Source: a virus
Taxonomy: Duplodnaviria > Caudoviricetes
Virus record (IMG/VR): IMGVR_UViG_3300037847_000441
Location: 1 to 56,292 of that record
DNA length: 56,292 nucleotides
Strand: one strand, 5' to 3'
A program made the translations under genes and the position numbers. The notes below the pieces were generated by a model. It ran no database searches and was not told where the DNA came from. It was given only the letters and a program-made list of their open reading frames with translations. The stretch's first letter is position 1. The number at the start of each line of letters is the position of its first letter. Of the stretch, positions 23,780 through 34,106 are shown piece by piece.

Positions 23780-25412
23780 TAGAGATAACTCTCACGCTAT
23801 TAGCCGCAAGCCTTGCTTTACATGTGATTCAAGTGATGCTAACGTAGAATATGATGACGGCCATCATTTTTGTTACAGTTGTGAGACATACTTTCCACCA
23901 AACTATAAATCAGAGGGCAACATGATACAACAACAGAACTCGTATCAACTTAATAAAAATAAATCTTTTAATTTTGCAGCGATAGCTGACAGAAAAATTA
24001 GTGAGAAGACTTGCAGAGAGTATGGTGTTACTGTCTCTATGCAAGGATCTATGATCACTGACCACCGATATGAATATTACGATAAAGATAACAATCATAT
24101 AGCTACCAAGTTTAGACAGACACAAGATAAAAAGTTTTACTCTGAGGGTAACATGTCTGGTGCAGTTCTGTTTGGGCAGAACAAGTTTAATCAGGGTGGT
24201 AAATACATTACTGTGTGTGAAGGTGAGCTAGATGCTATGTCTGCTTACGAGTTACTAGGTTCTAAGTGGCCTGTAGTGTCCATCAAGAATGGTGCAGCAT
24301 CTGCTTTGAAGAATTGTCAACAAGCTCTGGACTACTTAAATAAGTTTGATCAGATTGTCTTATGCTTTGATAATGACAAGCAGGGTAGAGAAGCAGAACA
24401 AAAGGTAGCTAAGTTATTTGAACCAAATAAATGTAAGATCATGAGTCTGGATCTAAAAGATGCTAATGAGTATCTGAAGACAGGACAACGTGAGAGGTTT
24501 GTTAATACGTGGTGGAACGCTAGAACATACACACCAGTAGGTATAATTAATCTCGCTGATCTTGGTACGTCTCTTTACGATGAGAAGGTAAATGAGACAT
24601 GCCTATATCCTTGGTCTAAGATGAATGAGAAAACCTACGGTATGCGTACAGGTGAGCTAGTGACGTTTACCTCTGGTGCTGGCATGGGTAAGTCCAGTAT
24701 CATGCGTGAGCTAATGCATCACATTATGTGTAACACTGAAGATAACATTGGTGTATTAGCTCTTGAAGAGAATACACGTAACACTGCGTTCAATATCATG
24801 AGTGTAGAAGCAAATGCCAGACTGTACATTAAAGAGATACGTGAGCAGTACACACAAGAGCAACTTAACGAGTGGCAGAAAAAGACAATTGGGTCTGGTA
24901 GGTTCTTTGCCTTTGATCACTTTGGTTCTATTGAAAACGATGAGATACTAGATCGTGTGAGATACATGGCAAAAGCATTAGAGTGTAAGTGGGTCTTCTT
25001 GGATCACTTATCTATCCTTGTATCAGGTCAAGAGGACAATGGTGATGAACGTAAGTCTATAGATATTCTTATGACTAAGCTACGATCTCTCGTAGAAGAA
25101 ACAGGCATAGCTCTACTGCTTGTCAGTCACCTACGTAGACCGTCAGGTGATCGTGGTCATGAGGATGGACGTGAAGTATCGCTCTCGCATCTACGTGGCT
25201 CTGCTTCTATTGCTCACCTATCTGATGCAGTAATCGCACTAGAACGTAACCAACAAGCAGACGATGACGTAGAAGCTAACACCACTACCATACGTATCTT
25301 AAAAAATAGATACACTGGTGACACTGGTGTAGCTTGTCACTTGCATTATGATAAAGATTCAGGTAGAATGTCACAGATTGATAACCCATTGATGGATGAT
25401 GAAGATGAGTGA
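23754..25412 (+). CDS. T7 gp4-like DNA primase/helicase
   Basis: Zn finger CFTCDSSD...CYSC, TOPRIM EGELD/FDND, Walker A GAGMGKS, LDHLS, LRGSASI. Confidence 0.95.
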   Translation: MYTGLKEYDRDNSHAISRKPCFTCDSSDANVEYDDGHHFCYSCETYFPPNYKSEGNMIQQQNSYQLNKNKSFNFAAIADRKISEKTCREYGVTVSMQGSMITDHRYEYYDKDNNHIATKFRQTQDKKFYSEGNMSGAVLFGQNKFNQGGKYITVCEGELDAMSAYELLGSKWPVVSIKNGAASALKNCQQALDYLNKFDQIVLCFDNDKQGREAEQKVAKLFEPNKCKIMSLDLKDANEYLKTGQRERFVNTWWNARTYTPVGIINLADLGTSLYDEKVNETCLYPWSKMNEKTYGMRTGELVTFTSGAGMGKSSIMRELMHHIMCNTEDNIGVLALEENTRNTAFNIMSVEANARLYIKEIREQYTQEQLNEWQKKTIGSGRFFAFDHFGSIENDEILDRVRYMAKALECKWVFLDHLSILVSGQEDNGDERKSIDILMTKLRSLVEETGIALLLVSHLRRPSGDRGHEDGREVSLSHLRGSASIAHLSDAVIALERNQQADDDVEANTTTIRILKNRYTGDTGVACHLHYDKDSGRMSQIDNPLMDDEDE

Positions 25413-25863
25413 AGTAAGAAAAGCTTTTAACAAAAAACTATACGACAAAGCTGACCGGGCTGCAAAAGATGCAGCATTTAAACTTATCAGCACCATGAAC
25501 TACACAACTGTTGATACAACAGAACGTAAAGACTTTGACATTATATGCAAAGCAAGAACAGAGACACATCACCTCTATGAGGTAGAGGTAAAGTATGCAT
25601 GGAAGGGAGAGTGGCCTGAGTCTTGGACTGAGATACGTATACCGCATAGAAAGAAGAGACTACTTGATAAGTGGCAGAAAGAATATCCCAATGCTCTCTT
25701 TACTTTCATGGTGTTTCGTAATGACTGTGAGAAAGCTTGGCACATTGATGCAAATGTTTTACTTGATTGTGAAGTTAAAGAAGCTTACAATAAAAATATC
25801 TCCAAGGGAGAAAAGTTTTTTCATATACCAGTAGAGAAGGCGAACCTCATAGACATACCATGA
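25405..25863 (+). CDS. PD-(D/E)xK-like nuclease-fold protein
   Basis: FDII...YEVEVK motif. Confidence 0.55.
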   Translation: MSEVRKAFNKKLYDKADRAAKDAAFKLISTMNYTTVDTTERKDFDIICKARTETHHLYEVEVKYAWKGEWPESWTEIRIPHRKKRLLDKWQKEYPNALFTFMVFRNDCEKAWHIDANVLLDCEVKEAYNKNISKGEKFFHIPVEKANLIDIP

Positions 25864-27494
25864 CTACAGCAGTAGTAGACATAGAGACAGACAGCTTAGA
25901 TGCTAGTCGTATACACTGCATAGTAGCACAACATTATAAAACAGGAGAGATGCGTGAGTGGGTAGGAGATCAGTGTAAAGAATTTGGGCAGTGGTCAAAG
26001 AAAATAGATACATTCATAATGCACAATGGTCTTAGCTTTGATGCTCCTGTCTTAAATAAATTAACAGGATCTAAAATATCTTCTTCACAAGTACGTGATA
26101 CTTTGTTGGAGTCTCAACTATTTAATCCCATCAGGGATGGAGGTCATAGTCTAAAAGCATGGGGTAAAGAATTAAATTATCATAAGTTTGATTACGATGA
26201 CTTCAATCATTTCACTCTTGAGATGTTAGACTACTGTAAACAAGACGTAGCATTAACTAGAAAAGTAGCGCAGCGTCTTGAGTTAGAAGGCACAAAGTTT
26301 TCTAAAAAGTCTTATGAATTAGAAAGAGATGTTAGAGTTATTATAGATAATCAAGAACGTAATGGCTTTGCGTTTAACATGAAAGAGGGTCAGTTACTCT
26401 TAGCTAAATTAGAAGATGAACAACATGAGTTAGAAAGACAATCAATAGAAATGTTTGAGCCTACTATTGTAGAGCTTAAAACTAAGACAAAAGAAATACC
26501 ATTTAATATAGCATCTCGACAACAAATAGCAGACCGATTGATGAGACGTGGTTGGGAGCCAGATGTATACACAGAAAAAGGTAATGTTGTAATCAATGAA
26601 GCTGTACTATCTAAAATTAAAATGCCAGAAGCGGAGATGTTTAGTAGATACTTTCTCCTACAAAAGAGAACTGGTCTTTTAAAATCTTGGATAAAGGAAT
26701 GTAGTAATGACTTACGTGTTCATGGTAGTGTTCTTACTCTTAAAACTATCACTGGCCGTATGGCTCACCACAGTCCCAACATGGCCCAAGTGCCAGCAGT
26801 CTATAGTCCTTATGGAAAAGAATGTAGAGCACTATGGGGAGTGTCAAACAGCGACACACATAAACTTGTAGGCACTGATGCAAGTGGTCTTGAACTCAGA
26901 TGTCTTGCACACTATATGAACGATACTAATTTTACAGAAGAGGTTTTAACTGGTGACGTACATACTGCTAATCAAAGAGCAGCAGGATTAAAAACTAGAG
27001 ATCAAGCTAAGACTTTTATCTATGCTTTTCTGTATGGTGCAGGGCCAGCTAAGATAGGTAAAGTCGTTGGTGGTTCTGCTTCTACAGGACAAAGATTAAT
27101 ATCTAAGTTCTTATCTAATATGCCAGCTTTGAAAGTACTAAGATCAAATGTATCAGAGGCTGCTCAGAGTGGGACTATTAAAGGTCTTGATGGCAGAAGA
27201 CTACACATTAGATCAGAACATGCAGCACTAAATACTTTACTACAAGGTGCTGGTGCTATAGTCTGTAAGCAATGGCTTGTGCAGATAAATGAAAAGGTTA
27301 GAAGATCTGGAGTTGATGCAAAGCTAGTAGCATCTGTTCATGATGAGTACCAGTTTGAAGTAGCTAAACCAGATGTTCAAAGATTTTGTAAACTAACAAA
27401 GGAGGCAATGTACCAGACACAAAAAATATTTAATTTTAAATGTGACTTAGACTCTGATTATAAAGTTGGAAATAATTGGTCAGAAACACATTAA
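25860..27494 (+). CDS. polA: Family A DNA polymerase with 3'-5' exonuclease (T7-like)
   Basis: DIET, HNGLSFD, YCKQD; motif A DASGLELR, motif B RDQAKTFIYAFLYG, motif C VHDE. Confidence 0.95.
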   Translation: MTTAVVDIETDSLDASRIHCIVAQHYKTGEMREWVGDQCKEFGQWSKKIDTFIMHNGLSFDAPVLNKLTGSKISSSQVRDTLLESQLFNPIRDGGHSLKAWGKELNYHKFDYDDFNHFTLEMLDYCKQDVALTRKVAQRLELEGTKFSKKSYELERDVRVIIDNQERNGFAFNMKEGQLLLAKLEDEQHELERQSIEMFEPTIVELKTKTKEIPFNIASRQQIADRLMRRGWEPDVYTEKGNVVINEAVLSKIKMPEAEMFSRYFLLQKRTGLLKSWIKECSNDLRVHGSVLTLKTITGRMAHHSPNMAQVPAVYSPYGKECRALWGVSNSDTHKLVGTDASGLELRCLAHYMNDTNFTEEVLTGDVHTANQRAAGLKTRDQAKTFIYAFLYGAGPAKIGKVVGGSASTGQRLISKFLSNMPALKVLRSNVSEAAQSGTIKGLDGRRLHIRSEHAALNTLLQGAGAIVCKQWLVQINEKVRRSGVDAKLVASVHDEYQFEVAKPDVQRFCKLTKEAMYQTQKIFNFKCDLDSDYKVGNNWSETH

Positions 27495-27499
27495 ATTAC

Positions 27500-27528
27500 T
27501 TGACAACTAAATTATGGTATGCTATTGT
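27500..27528 (+). promoter_or_regulatory. Sigma70 promoter upstream of ssb
   Basis: TTGACA-N17-TATTGT with TGn. Confidence 0.7.
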
Positions 27529-27594
27529 GTATAAGTTACTAGACAATCAAGGCTGGAATAGTCCAGTGAAACTTAAATGGAGAACATAAAGATC

Positions 27595-28053
27595 ATGAAT
27601 GATCCAATTTACATTACAGGAAAATGTCACTACGCATCAATCACTGAACCAAATACAAAGTTTGACCCAGTTTGGTCTATTCAAGTTGAAGTGAATGATG
27701 AAAATAGATCTGTTATTGAGGGAGCCAATCTCAAAATAACAAATAAAGGTGATGAACGTGGAGACTTTGTTACCATCAAACGTAAAGTGATGCGTAAAGA
27801 TGGCAGTGAGCGAAAGCCACCTGTTGTTAAAGACTCACAGAATAATCTGTGGGATGATAAGTTGATTGCCAATGGCAGTCTTGTAAATGTAAAAGCCATT
27901 CCTTATGAATGGAACTATGCTGGTAAGTCTGGCGTATCTGCCGACCTTGCTGCTGTTCAGGTTGTGGATTTTATTGAATACGCAAATAGCAGGGAAGACT
28001 TTGCCCCGGTTGACGGTGGTTACGTACAAGAGTCAGCCTCTGTTCCCTTCTAA
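27595..28053 (+). CDS. ssb: Single-stranded DNA-binding protein (gp2.5-like)
   Basis: Follows polA; IANGSLVNV, LAAVQVVD; C-terminal VPF. Confidence 0.75.
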   Translation: MNDPIYITGKCHYASITEPNTKFDPVWSIQVEVNDENRSVIEGANLKITNKGDERGDFVTIKRKVMRKDGSERKPPVVKDSQNNLWDDKLIANGSLVNVKAIPYEWNYAGKSGVSADLAAVQVVDFIEYANSREDFAPVDGGYVQESASVPF

Positions 28054-28062
28054 ATAAGGAGA

Positions 28063-28103
28063 GGGGGAGTGGTGTTTCCTCTCTGCACTGCTCCCCCCAT
28101 TTT
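28063..28103 (+). terminator. Intrinsic terminator after ssb
   Basis: GGGGGAGTGGTG / CACTGCTCCCCC followed by CATTTT. Confidence 0.65.
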
Positions 28104-28106
28104 ACA

Positions 28107-28976
28107 ATGAAAACTATTGATACTCTTGTAGAAGATATATATAATTTATTTAGTCTTGATCCTATAGATATGGATGAAGCGCAAGTAGATAAACACATAG
28201 ATACTTTTGGTGAAATGCTAAAGGTACACATTAAAGAATTTTTATATGATGTTCCTAGAGATAGGAAAGGTTTAAGATTATCTGCAATCGGTAAACCAGA
28301 CAGACAGATTTGGTTTGATATAAATAAACCTATTGAAGAGCATCAACTTAAACCATCAACTAGAATAAAGTTTTTATATGGTTATATTTTAGAAGAGCTT
28401 TTACTTTTGTTCTCCACTATTGCAGGGCATGAAGTTAAAGATCAACAAAAAGAAGTATACATTGATGGTGTAGCTGGTCATCAAGACTCTGTTATTGATG
28501 GTGTTCTTGTTGACTGCAAGTCTGCTAGTGGTTTTGGTTTTGATAAATTTAAAAGAAATAATTTACTAGAAGATGATCCTTTTGGTTACGTTGCTCAAGT
28601 ATCTGCTTATGCACAAGCTAATGATATAGATAGTGCAGCATTTCTTGCTATAAATAAATCTACTGGAGAGATATGCTTATCTAAAATACATCAGATGGAT
28701 ATGATCAATGCAACAGCAAGAGTCAAACATCTTAAAGATGTCGTTAATAAAAGTAGTTTGCCTGATAAGTGTTATGCTGATATACCTGATGGCAAGTCTG
28801 GTAATCGTAAGCTTTCTGTTGGTTGTGTCTATTGTAGTCATAAGCAAACGTGTTGGTCTGACTCTAATAAAGGTAAAGGATTACGTATATTTAAATATTC
28901 AAAAGGTAACAGGTTTTTAACACACGTAGAAAAAGAACCAGATGTAGAAGAATTATATGCATTGGAAGTATCGTAA
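28107..28976 (+). CDS. Cas4/RecB-like PD-(D/E)xK exonuclease
   Basis: LRLSAIG, GHQD...VDCKSAS, QVSAY, CVYC..KQTCW. Confidence 0.8.
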   Translation: MKTIDTLVEDIYNLFSLDPIDMDEAQVDKHIDTFGEMLKVHIKEFLYDVPRDRKGLRLSAIGKPDRQIWFDINKPIEEHQLKPSTRIKFLYGYILEELLLLFSTIAGHEVKDQQKEVYIDGVAGHQDSVIDGVLVDCKSASGFGFDKFKRNNLLEDDPFGYVAQVSAYAQANDIDSAAFLAINKSTGEICLSKIHQMDMINATARVKHLKDVVNKSSLPDKCYADIPDGKSGNRKLSVGCVYCSHKQTCWSDSNKGKGLRIFKYSKGNRFLTHVEKEPDVEELYALEVS

Positions 28977-29352
28977 GAAACCAGACCCAAATACACACTT
29001 TGGTTTCGTTTATAAAATAACAAACAAGAAAACAAAAAAATCTTACATAGGCTGTAAACAATATTTCATAACTCGAAAAGGTAAAAAGGTAGAGTCTAAT
29101 TGGAAAGTATATACAGGATCTAGTAAATACTTAAATGAAGATATAAAAAACTTAGGTAAACGTGCATTTAAATTTGAGATTATTTGTGAATGTAAAAATA
29201 AAAGAAGTTTAAAATACTATGAGTGTTACTATCAAGTAATAAACCATGTATTAACAGCAACCCTAGAGGGAACAGATGAACCAGCCTTCTACAATAATTA
29301 TGTAGGAGGTAAATTTTATAGGCCAGTACAAGAACCTCCAGATGGAAGATGA
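28957..29352 (+). CDS. GIY-YIG family endonuclease
   Basis: GFVYKITN...SYIGCK; YTGSS. Confidence 0.75.
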   Translation: MHWKYRKKPDPNTHFGFVYKITNKKTKKSYIGCKQYFITRKGKKVESNWKVYTGSSKYLNEDIKNLGKRAFKFEIICECKNKRSLKYYECYYQVINHVLTATLEGTDEPAFYNNYVGGKFYRPVQEPPDGR

Positions 29353-29665
29353 ATTAGAACAAAAAGAATCTTTATATGATTTAACAGGAAAAGATCCTGA
29401 TCGAAGTTTAAACTTAGCAATTATTTTAAGAGCACTGCTTGACTTATCTAAACCTAAAGAAGATAATGAAACGGTAGAAACATCTTTGCTGAGAGATCAA
29501 GCTCATGCGTGGGTCTTTGCCTCTATTGGTGTTACATGTGAGAACTTTGTTTACACTTGTGAGTTAGCTGGCGTTGATCCTAAAACAATAAGAACCTTTG
29601 CTGTGAAGGCTGTTACATCAAAAGATAATACAGAGATGAGAAAAAAGTTACATTCTTTTTTATAG
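29342..29665 (+). CDS. Conserved phage helical protein, possibly a transcription regulator
   Basis: LAIILRALLD...AW...FVYTCELAGVDP pattern. Confidence 0.65.
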   Translation: MEDELEQKESLYDLTGKDPDRSLNLAIILRALLDLSKPKEDNETVETSLLRDQAHAWVFASIGVTCENFVYTCELAGVDPKTIRTFAVKAVTSKDNTEMRKKLHSFL

Positions 29666-29673
29666 AGGGGAGT

Positions 29674-29940
29674 ATGTCTAAAAGAAACGAATCACGAGAT
29701 GAATATATACTTAGAAAAATGAGAGAAGAATCATCACTAGAAAAACAAGTAGGTGGAGATCACTACAAAGATTGTGCGATACAACCTATAGAATATATAG
29801 AAAAAAATAACTTAACATTTTGTGAAGGTAATATCGTTAAGTATATAACAAGACATCGTACAAAAGGAGAGGGTAGGAAAGACATAGAAAAAGTAATACA
29901 CTACGCAGAAATGATTTTAGATTTATACTACAATGAGTAG
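29674..29940 (+). CDS. DUF3310 / SaV-like (T7 gp1.7-related) protein
   Basis: QVGGDHY, IQPIEY, EGNIVKY..R...DIEK. Confidence 0.85.
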   Translation: MSKRNESRDEYILRKMREESSLEKQVGGDHYKDCAIQPIEYIEKNNLTFCEGNIVKYITRHRTKGEGRKDIEKVIHYAEMILDLYYNE

Positions 29941-29946
29941 GGGCAA

Positions 29947-31737
29947 ATGATTAAAGATGATATTACAATCTCTCCTGAGAGAGACAATCTTTTTGATGAG
30001 TTAGGGATCACTCGTCTCAAAGAGGCTTACATGATGGACGATGAGATCTCACCACAAGAGAGGTTTGCTTATGTATCTAGTTGTTTTGGTTCTGATAAAG
30101 AACATGCTCAAAGATTATATGAGTATGCTTCAAAACATTGGCTTTCGTATTCAACGCCTATACTATCGTATGGACGATCTAAACGTGGGCTTCCTATTTC
30201 TTGCTATCTTAATTATATTGATGATAGCTCTCAAGGGTTAGTGGAGAATTTAAGTGAGACTAATTGGCTTTCTATGCTTGGTGGTGGTGTTGGCGTTGGT
30301 TTTGGTATACGTTCATCCGATGATAAGTCCACCGGAGTTATGCCCCACCTCAAAATGTATGACGCATCCAGCCTAGCATACAGACAAGGTAGAACTCGTA
30401 GAGGTAGTTATGCTGCATATCTAGATATATCACATCCAGACATACTCATGTTTCTTGAGATGCGTAAACCAACTGGAGATCAAAACTTTCGTTGTCTTAA
30501 TATGCATCATGGTATTAATATATCAGATGAGTTTATGAGTGTTCTTGAACACTGCATGGTTAATCCATATGCTGATGATTCATGGGATCTAGTTGATCCG
30601 CATAGTAAAGAAGTACGTGATGTTGTTTCAGCTAAAGAACTTTGGCAACGGATACTTGAGATGCGTATGCAAACAGGTGAACCGTACCTACATTTTATAG
30701 ATAAGTCTAACGCTGAGATGCCAGCATGGTTAAAGCAGAAAGGTTTAAAAGTAAATCAATCTAATCTTTGCTCAGAGATTATTCTCCCTACATCAGAAGA
30801 CAGGACTGCCGTATGCTGCTTGTCATCTGTTAATTTAGAATACTTTGATGAGTGGTCAAAAGATAAAATGTTTTTACCAGATACTCTGGAGATGCTAGAT
30901 AATGTTTTGGAAAATTTTATTCTCAACGCTCCTGATACTATTCGTCGTGCTCGTTATAGTGCGAAACAAGAGCGCAGTGTCGGAGTGGGAGCACTTGGAT
31001 TTCACGCATATCTACAGAGCAAAGGTGTCCCATTTGATTGTGCGTTAGCTAAGTCTCACAACATTAGAATGTTTAAACATATTAGAGAAGGTTTAGATCA
31101 AGCTAATAGAAGTTTAGCTTTAGTGCGAGGTGAGGCTCCTGATGCTGTAGGTACAGGACTAAGGTGTAGTCATGTTATGGCTATTGCACCTAATGCTTCT
31201 AGCTCTATTATCATGGGCAATACTTCTCCATCAATAGAACCTTGGAGAGCTAATGCTTATAGACAAGATACTCTTAGTGGATCTTTCTTAAATAAAAACA
31301 AGTTCTTAGATAGTATTATTAAGACTAAGTGTGAAGAAGATACTAAGCTAAACTATGATCGCATCTGGTCTAGTATCATAGCTAATGATGGTTCTGTGCA
31401 GCATCTTAGATGCTTATCATCTGAAGAGAAAGAGATATTTAAAACAGCTATGGAAATAGATCAGAGGTGGGTAATAGAACACGCATCAGACAGACAACAA
31501 TACATTGACCAATCACAATCTCTTAATGTATTCTTTAGACCTGATGCTGAGATTAAGTACTTACATGCTATACACTACATGGCATGGAAGAAAGGACTAA
31601 AGACTATGTACTATTGTCGTTCAGAAAAGATTGGTAAGGCTGACAAAGTTAGTCGTAAGATTGAGAGACAGATTATTAATGAGTTAGATATGGAAGCATT
31701 GGCATCTGGGGATGAGTGCCTTGCTTGTGAAGGATAA
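29947..31737 (+). CDS. nrdA: Class Ia ribonucleotide reductase alpha subunit (no ATP cone)
   Basis: PISC, SNLCSEI, VCCLSS, IAPNASSS, KTMYY, C-terminal CLACEG. Confidence 0.95.
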   Translation: MIKDDITISPERDNLFDELGITRLKEAYMMDDEISPQERFAYVSSCFGSDKEHAQRLYEYASKHWLSYSTPILSYGRSKRGLPISCYLNYIDDSSQGLVENLSETNWLSMLGGGVGVGFGIRSSDDKSTGVMPHLKMYDASSLAYRQGRTRRGSYAAYLDISHPDILMFLEMRKPTGDQNFRCLNMHHGINISDEFMSVLEHCMVNPYADDSWDLVDPHSKEVRDVVSAKELWQRILEMRMQTGEPYLHFIDKSNAEMPAWLKQKGLKVNQSNLCSEIILPTSEDRTAVCCLSSVNLEYFDEWSKDKMFLPDTLEMLDNVLENFILNAPDTIRRARYSAKQERSVGVGALGFHAYLQSKGVPFDCALAKSHNIRMFKHIREGLDQANRSLALVRGEAPDAVGTGLRCSHVMAIAPNASSSIIMGNTSPSIEPWRANAYRQDTLSGSFLNKNKFLDSIIKTKCEEDTKLNYDRIWSSIIANDGSVQHLRCLSSEEKEIFKTAMEIDQRWVIEHASDRQQYIDQSQSLNVFFRPDAEIKYLHAIHYMAWKKGLKTMYYCRSEKIGKADKVSRKIERQIINELDMEALASGDECLACEG

Positions 31738-31747
31738 GGAGATTACT

Positions 31748-32305
31748 ATGGAACTTACTGCTGAAATAGTTAGAGAATTATTATACTATAATCCTAATAC
31801 TGGAAAACTTTTTTGGAAAGAAAGATCTCTAAAATATTTTAAAAGTGAACGTTTCGCACGTAGATGGAACACTAGATATGCTGGTAAGGAAGCATTTATT
31901 ACTAAAGAGAAAGACTATAGCTCAAAACATGGAAGAATTAGAAGAAAAGTAGGTACAATTTTTGAAATAAAATATTACGCACATCGTATAATTTGGCTAC
32001 ATTACTATGGTTGTTGGCCTAAAGATCAAATAGATCACATTAATCATGATGCAACTGATAATAGAATAATAAATCTTAGAGAAGTATCTGGTTTTGAAAA
32101 TCAAAAAAATAGAACACTTCAAAAAAATAGTACAACTGGATATACTGGAGTGACATGGCATAAAACTAACAAGAAATATACAGCACGTATTAAGGTTAAT
32201 AACAAGGATATCCACTTAGGAAGTTATGATAATTTAGAGGAAGCAATAAAAGCTAGAGAACTAGCAAATATAAATTATAATTTTCACCCTAATCATGGTA
32301 AATAG
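31748..32305 (+). mobile_element. Free-standing HNH homing endonuclease with AP2-like C-terminus
   Basis: AHRIIW...IDHINH..TDNRIINL; GYTGVTW..HLGSY. Confidence 0.85.
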
Positions 32306-32307
32306 TT

Positions 32308-32601
32308 ATGGCTAAATTTATAATTATTATTGTAATGTTCTTTCCAAACTTTAATGATTATCTAGATGGTAATACGTTTATCGTTAGTCATAAACACGAC
32401 AAAGAATTAGTGTTTGAAACTCAGGTAGAATGTTTTGAATTTGTTACAGAAAACATTAGCGATCTAGTATTGTTTGGTGAGCAGACTTACAGTCACATAG
32501 AGGGTGCAGAAGTAAGTGAGTTTCTCTGTGTGACTAAAGAAGAATCTAAAGAGTTTGAAAAAATAGAGAAAGAAGATAGAGAGGAGGGGGTTGATACGTG
32601 A
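32308..32601 (+). CDS. Hypothetical protein with N-terminal hydrophobic segment
   Basis: ORF track. Confidence 0.65.
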   Translation: MAKFIIIIVMFFPNFNDYLDGNTFIVSHKHDKELVFETQVECFEFVTENISDLVLFGEQTYSHIEGAEVSEFLCVTKEESKEFEKIEKEDREEGVDT

Positions 32602-32894
32602 TTAAGTACATAGGAAGTTGTTGGATGTCTATAATGGACAATAGATACAACCCACTAAGTAATATACCAAGTATGTCAGTTAGACACATGATAATGCAAG
32701 TTCTAGCATGGATGTGGTGTATTATATTTAGTATTTATGTTGGATCTTTTGTCGTATTTGGTATATCTGCAATAGCACATATATTATTAATAGCAGGTCT
32801 ATTTATAACTGCTATAACTTTTAAGTTAGCAAAAGATAAACCTGAGATATTTACAGGTGGTTTAGGAAGAGCAAAAGGGGGCGAACATGAATAA
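32598..32894 (+). CDS. Conserved 2-TM membrane protein (DNRYNPL...QVLAWMW)
   Basis: ORF track; GTGA coupling. Confidence 0.7.
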   Translation: MIKYIGSCWMSIMDNRYNPLSNIPSMSVRHMIMQVLAWMWCIIFSIYVGSFVVFGISAIAHILLIAGLFITAITFKLAKDKPEIFTGGLGRAKGGEHE

Positions 32895-33858
32895 ATTAAA
32901 ACTTCAAGATGAACGAGAATACTTTAAACCTTTTCACTATCCTTGGGCTTATGATGCGTGGCTCAAGCATGAGCAATCTCATTGGTTACACACAGAAGTA
33001 CCAATGCTTGAAGATGTTAAAGATTGGAAAAACAAACTAACTACAGAAGAGAAATATTTTCTTACTAATATATTTAGATTCTTTACACAGTCAGACATAG
33101 ATGTGTCTGGTGGTTATGTAGAAAATTATCTACCACATTTTCCACAACCAGAAGTGCGTATGATGCTCACTGGTTTCTGTGCTAGAGAAGCACTTCATGT
33201 AGCAGCATACTCTCACTTGATTGAATCACTTGGTATGCCAGAAAGCACATACAACGAGTTCAATGAATACGAGGCTATGCGAGACAAACATGAGTTCTTC
33301 AAGTATCATGTATCAAAAGATAACATGCCTATACCTTTGCAGATTGCAGCTATCTCTGCATTTACAGAGGGACTAGCATTGTTCTCTTCTTTTATTATGT
33401 TGTTAAACTTTCCTAGACATGGTAAGATGAAGGGCATGGGACAGATAGTTACATGGTCTATCGTAGATGAAACACAACATGCAGAAGGTATGATCAAACT
33501 TTTCAGAACTTATGTTGAAGAAAATCGGGAGGTTTGGAATGACAAAACAAAGTCAGAAATCTATAAAACGGCAACTAAGATGGTTGAACTGGAAGATAAA
33601 TTTGTCGATCTTGCGTTTAAGATGGGTGCGATTGATGGTCTTAGTCCGTCAGAAGTTAAGGAATATATTCGGTATATAGCAGATCGTAGGCTTATATCTA
33701 TGGGTATGAAAGGTATCTTCAAAGTAAAAACTAACCCACTACCTTGGGTAGAGACTATGATCAACGCTCCTACTCATACAAACTTCTTTGAGAACAGAGC
33801 TACAGACTACGCTAAAGGTGCATTACAAGGAGATTGGTCAGATGTTTGGGCAAACTAA
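32887..33858 (+). CDS. nrdB: Class Ia ribonucleotide reductase beta subunit
   Basis: FFTQSD, REALHVAAY, TEG, DETQH diiron ligands; NFFE. Confidence 0.95.
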   Translation: MNKLKLQDEREYFKPFHYPWAYDAWLKHEQSHWLHTEVPMLEDVKDWKNKLTTEEKYFLTNIFRFFTQSDIDVSGGYVENYLPHFPQPEVRMMLTGFCAREALHVAAYSHLIESLGMPESTYNEFNEYEAMRDKHEFFKYHVSKDNMPIPLQIAAISAFTEGLALFSSFIMLLNFPRHGKMKGMGQIVTWSIVDETQHAEGMIKLFRTYVEENREVWNDKTKSEIYKTATKMVELEDKFVDLAFKMGAIDGLSPSEVKEYIRYIADRRLISMGMKGIFKVKTNPLPWVETMINAPTHTNFFENRATDYAKGALQGDWSDVWAN

Positions 33859-34075
33859 AGAACACTTACAAGAAGTAAAAATGTCTTATTGGAAACACTT
33901 TTGGTTTGCATTAAGTATGATTCCTTATCTATTTTTTGCTATGATATTTTCAATAATACATGCAATAGTGCCGGGACTTTTTTCAGAAACTACAAGTGCT
34001 ATTATTGATGAGTTAAGATTTAAACTATCTAAAAATAAAATAGCTGATACAGTGCCAAGTAAAAAAAGTTCTTGA
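33842..34075 (+). CDS. Small membrane protein (HL...MSYWKHF...IHAIVP, DUF6356-like)
   Basis: AAGGAG RBS before ATG 33842. Confidence 0.65.
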   Translation: MFGQTKEHLQEVKMSYWKHFWFALSMIPYLFFAMIFSIIHAIVPGLFSETTSAIIDELRFKLSKNKIADTVPSKKSS

Positions 34076-34100
34076 CAAATGGGTTATAATATAGTATAAT
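34072..34100 (+). promoter_or_regulatory. Consensus sigma70 promoter for hsp20
   Basis: TTGACA-N17-TATAAT, perfect consensus. Confidence 0.85.
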
Positions 34101-34106
34101 ATATGG

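Noticed and set aside
28107-28976. Cas4-like gene as evidence of CRISPR-Cas
   Set aside because: Solo Cas4/RecB-type exonucleases are ordinary in phage replication modules
29947-33858. Intron or intein in nrdA/nrdB (also polA and terL)
   Set aside because: All are uninterrupted, of normal or short length, and have complete motifs
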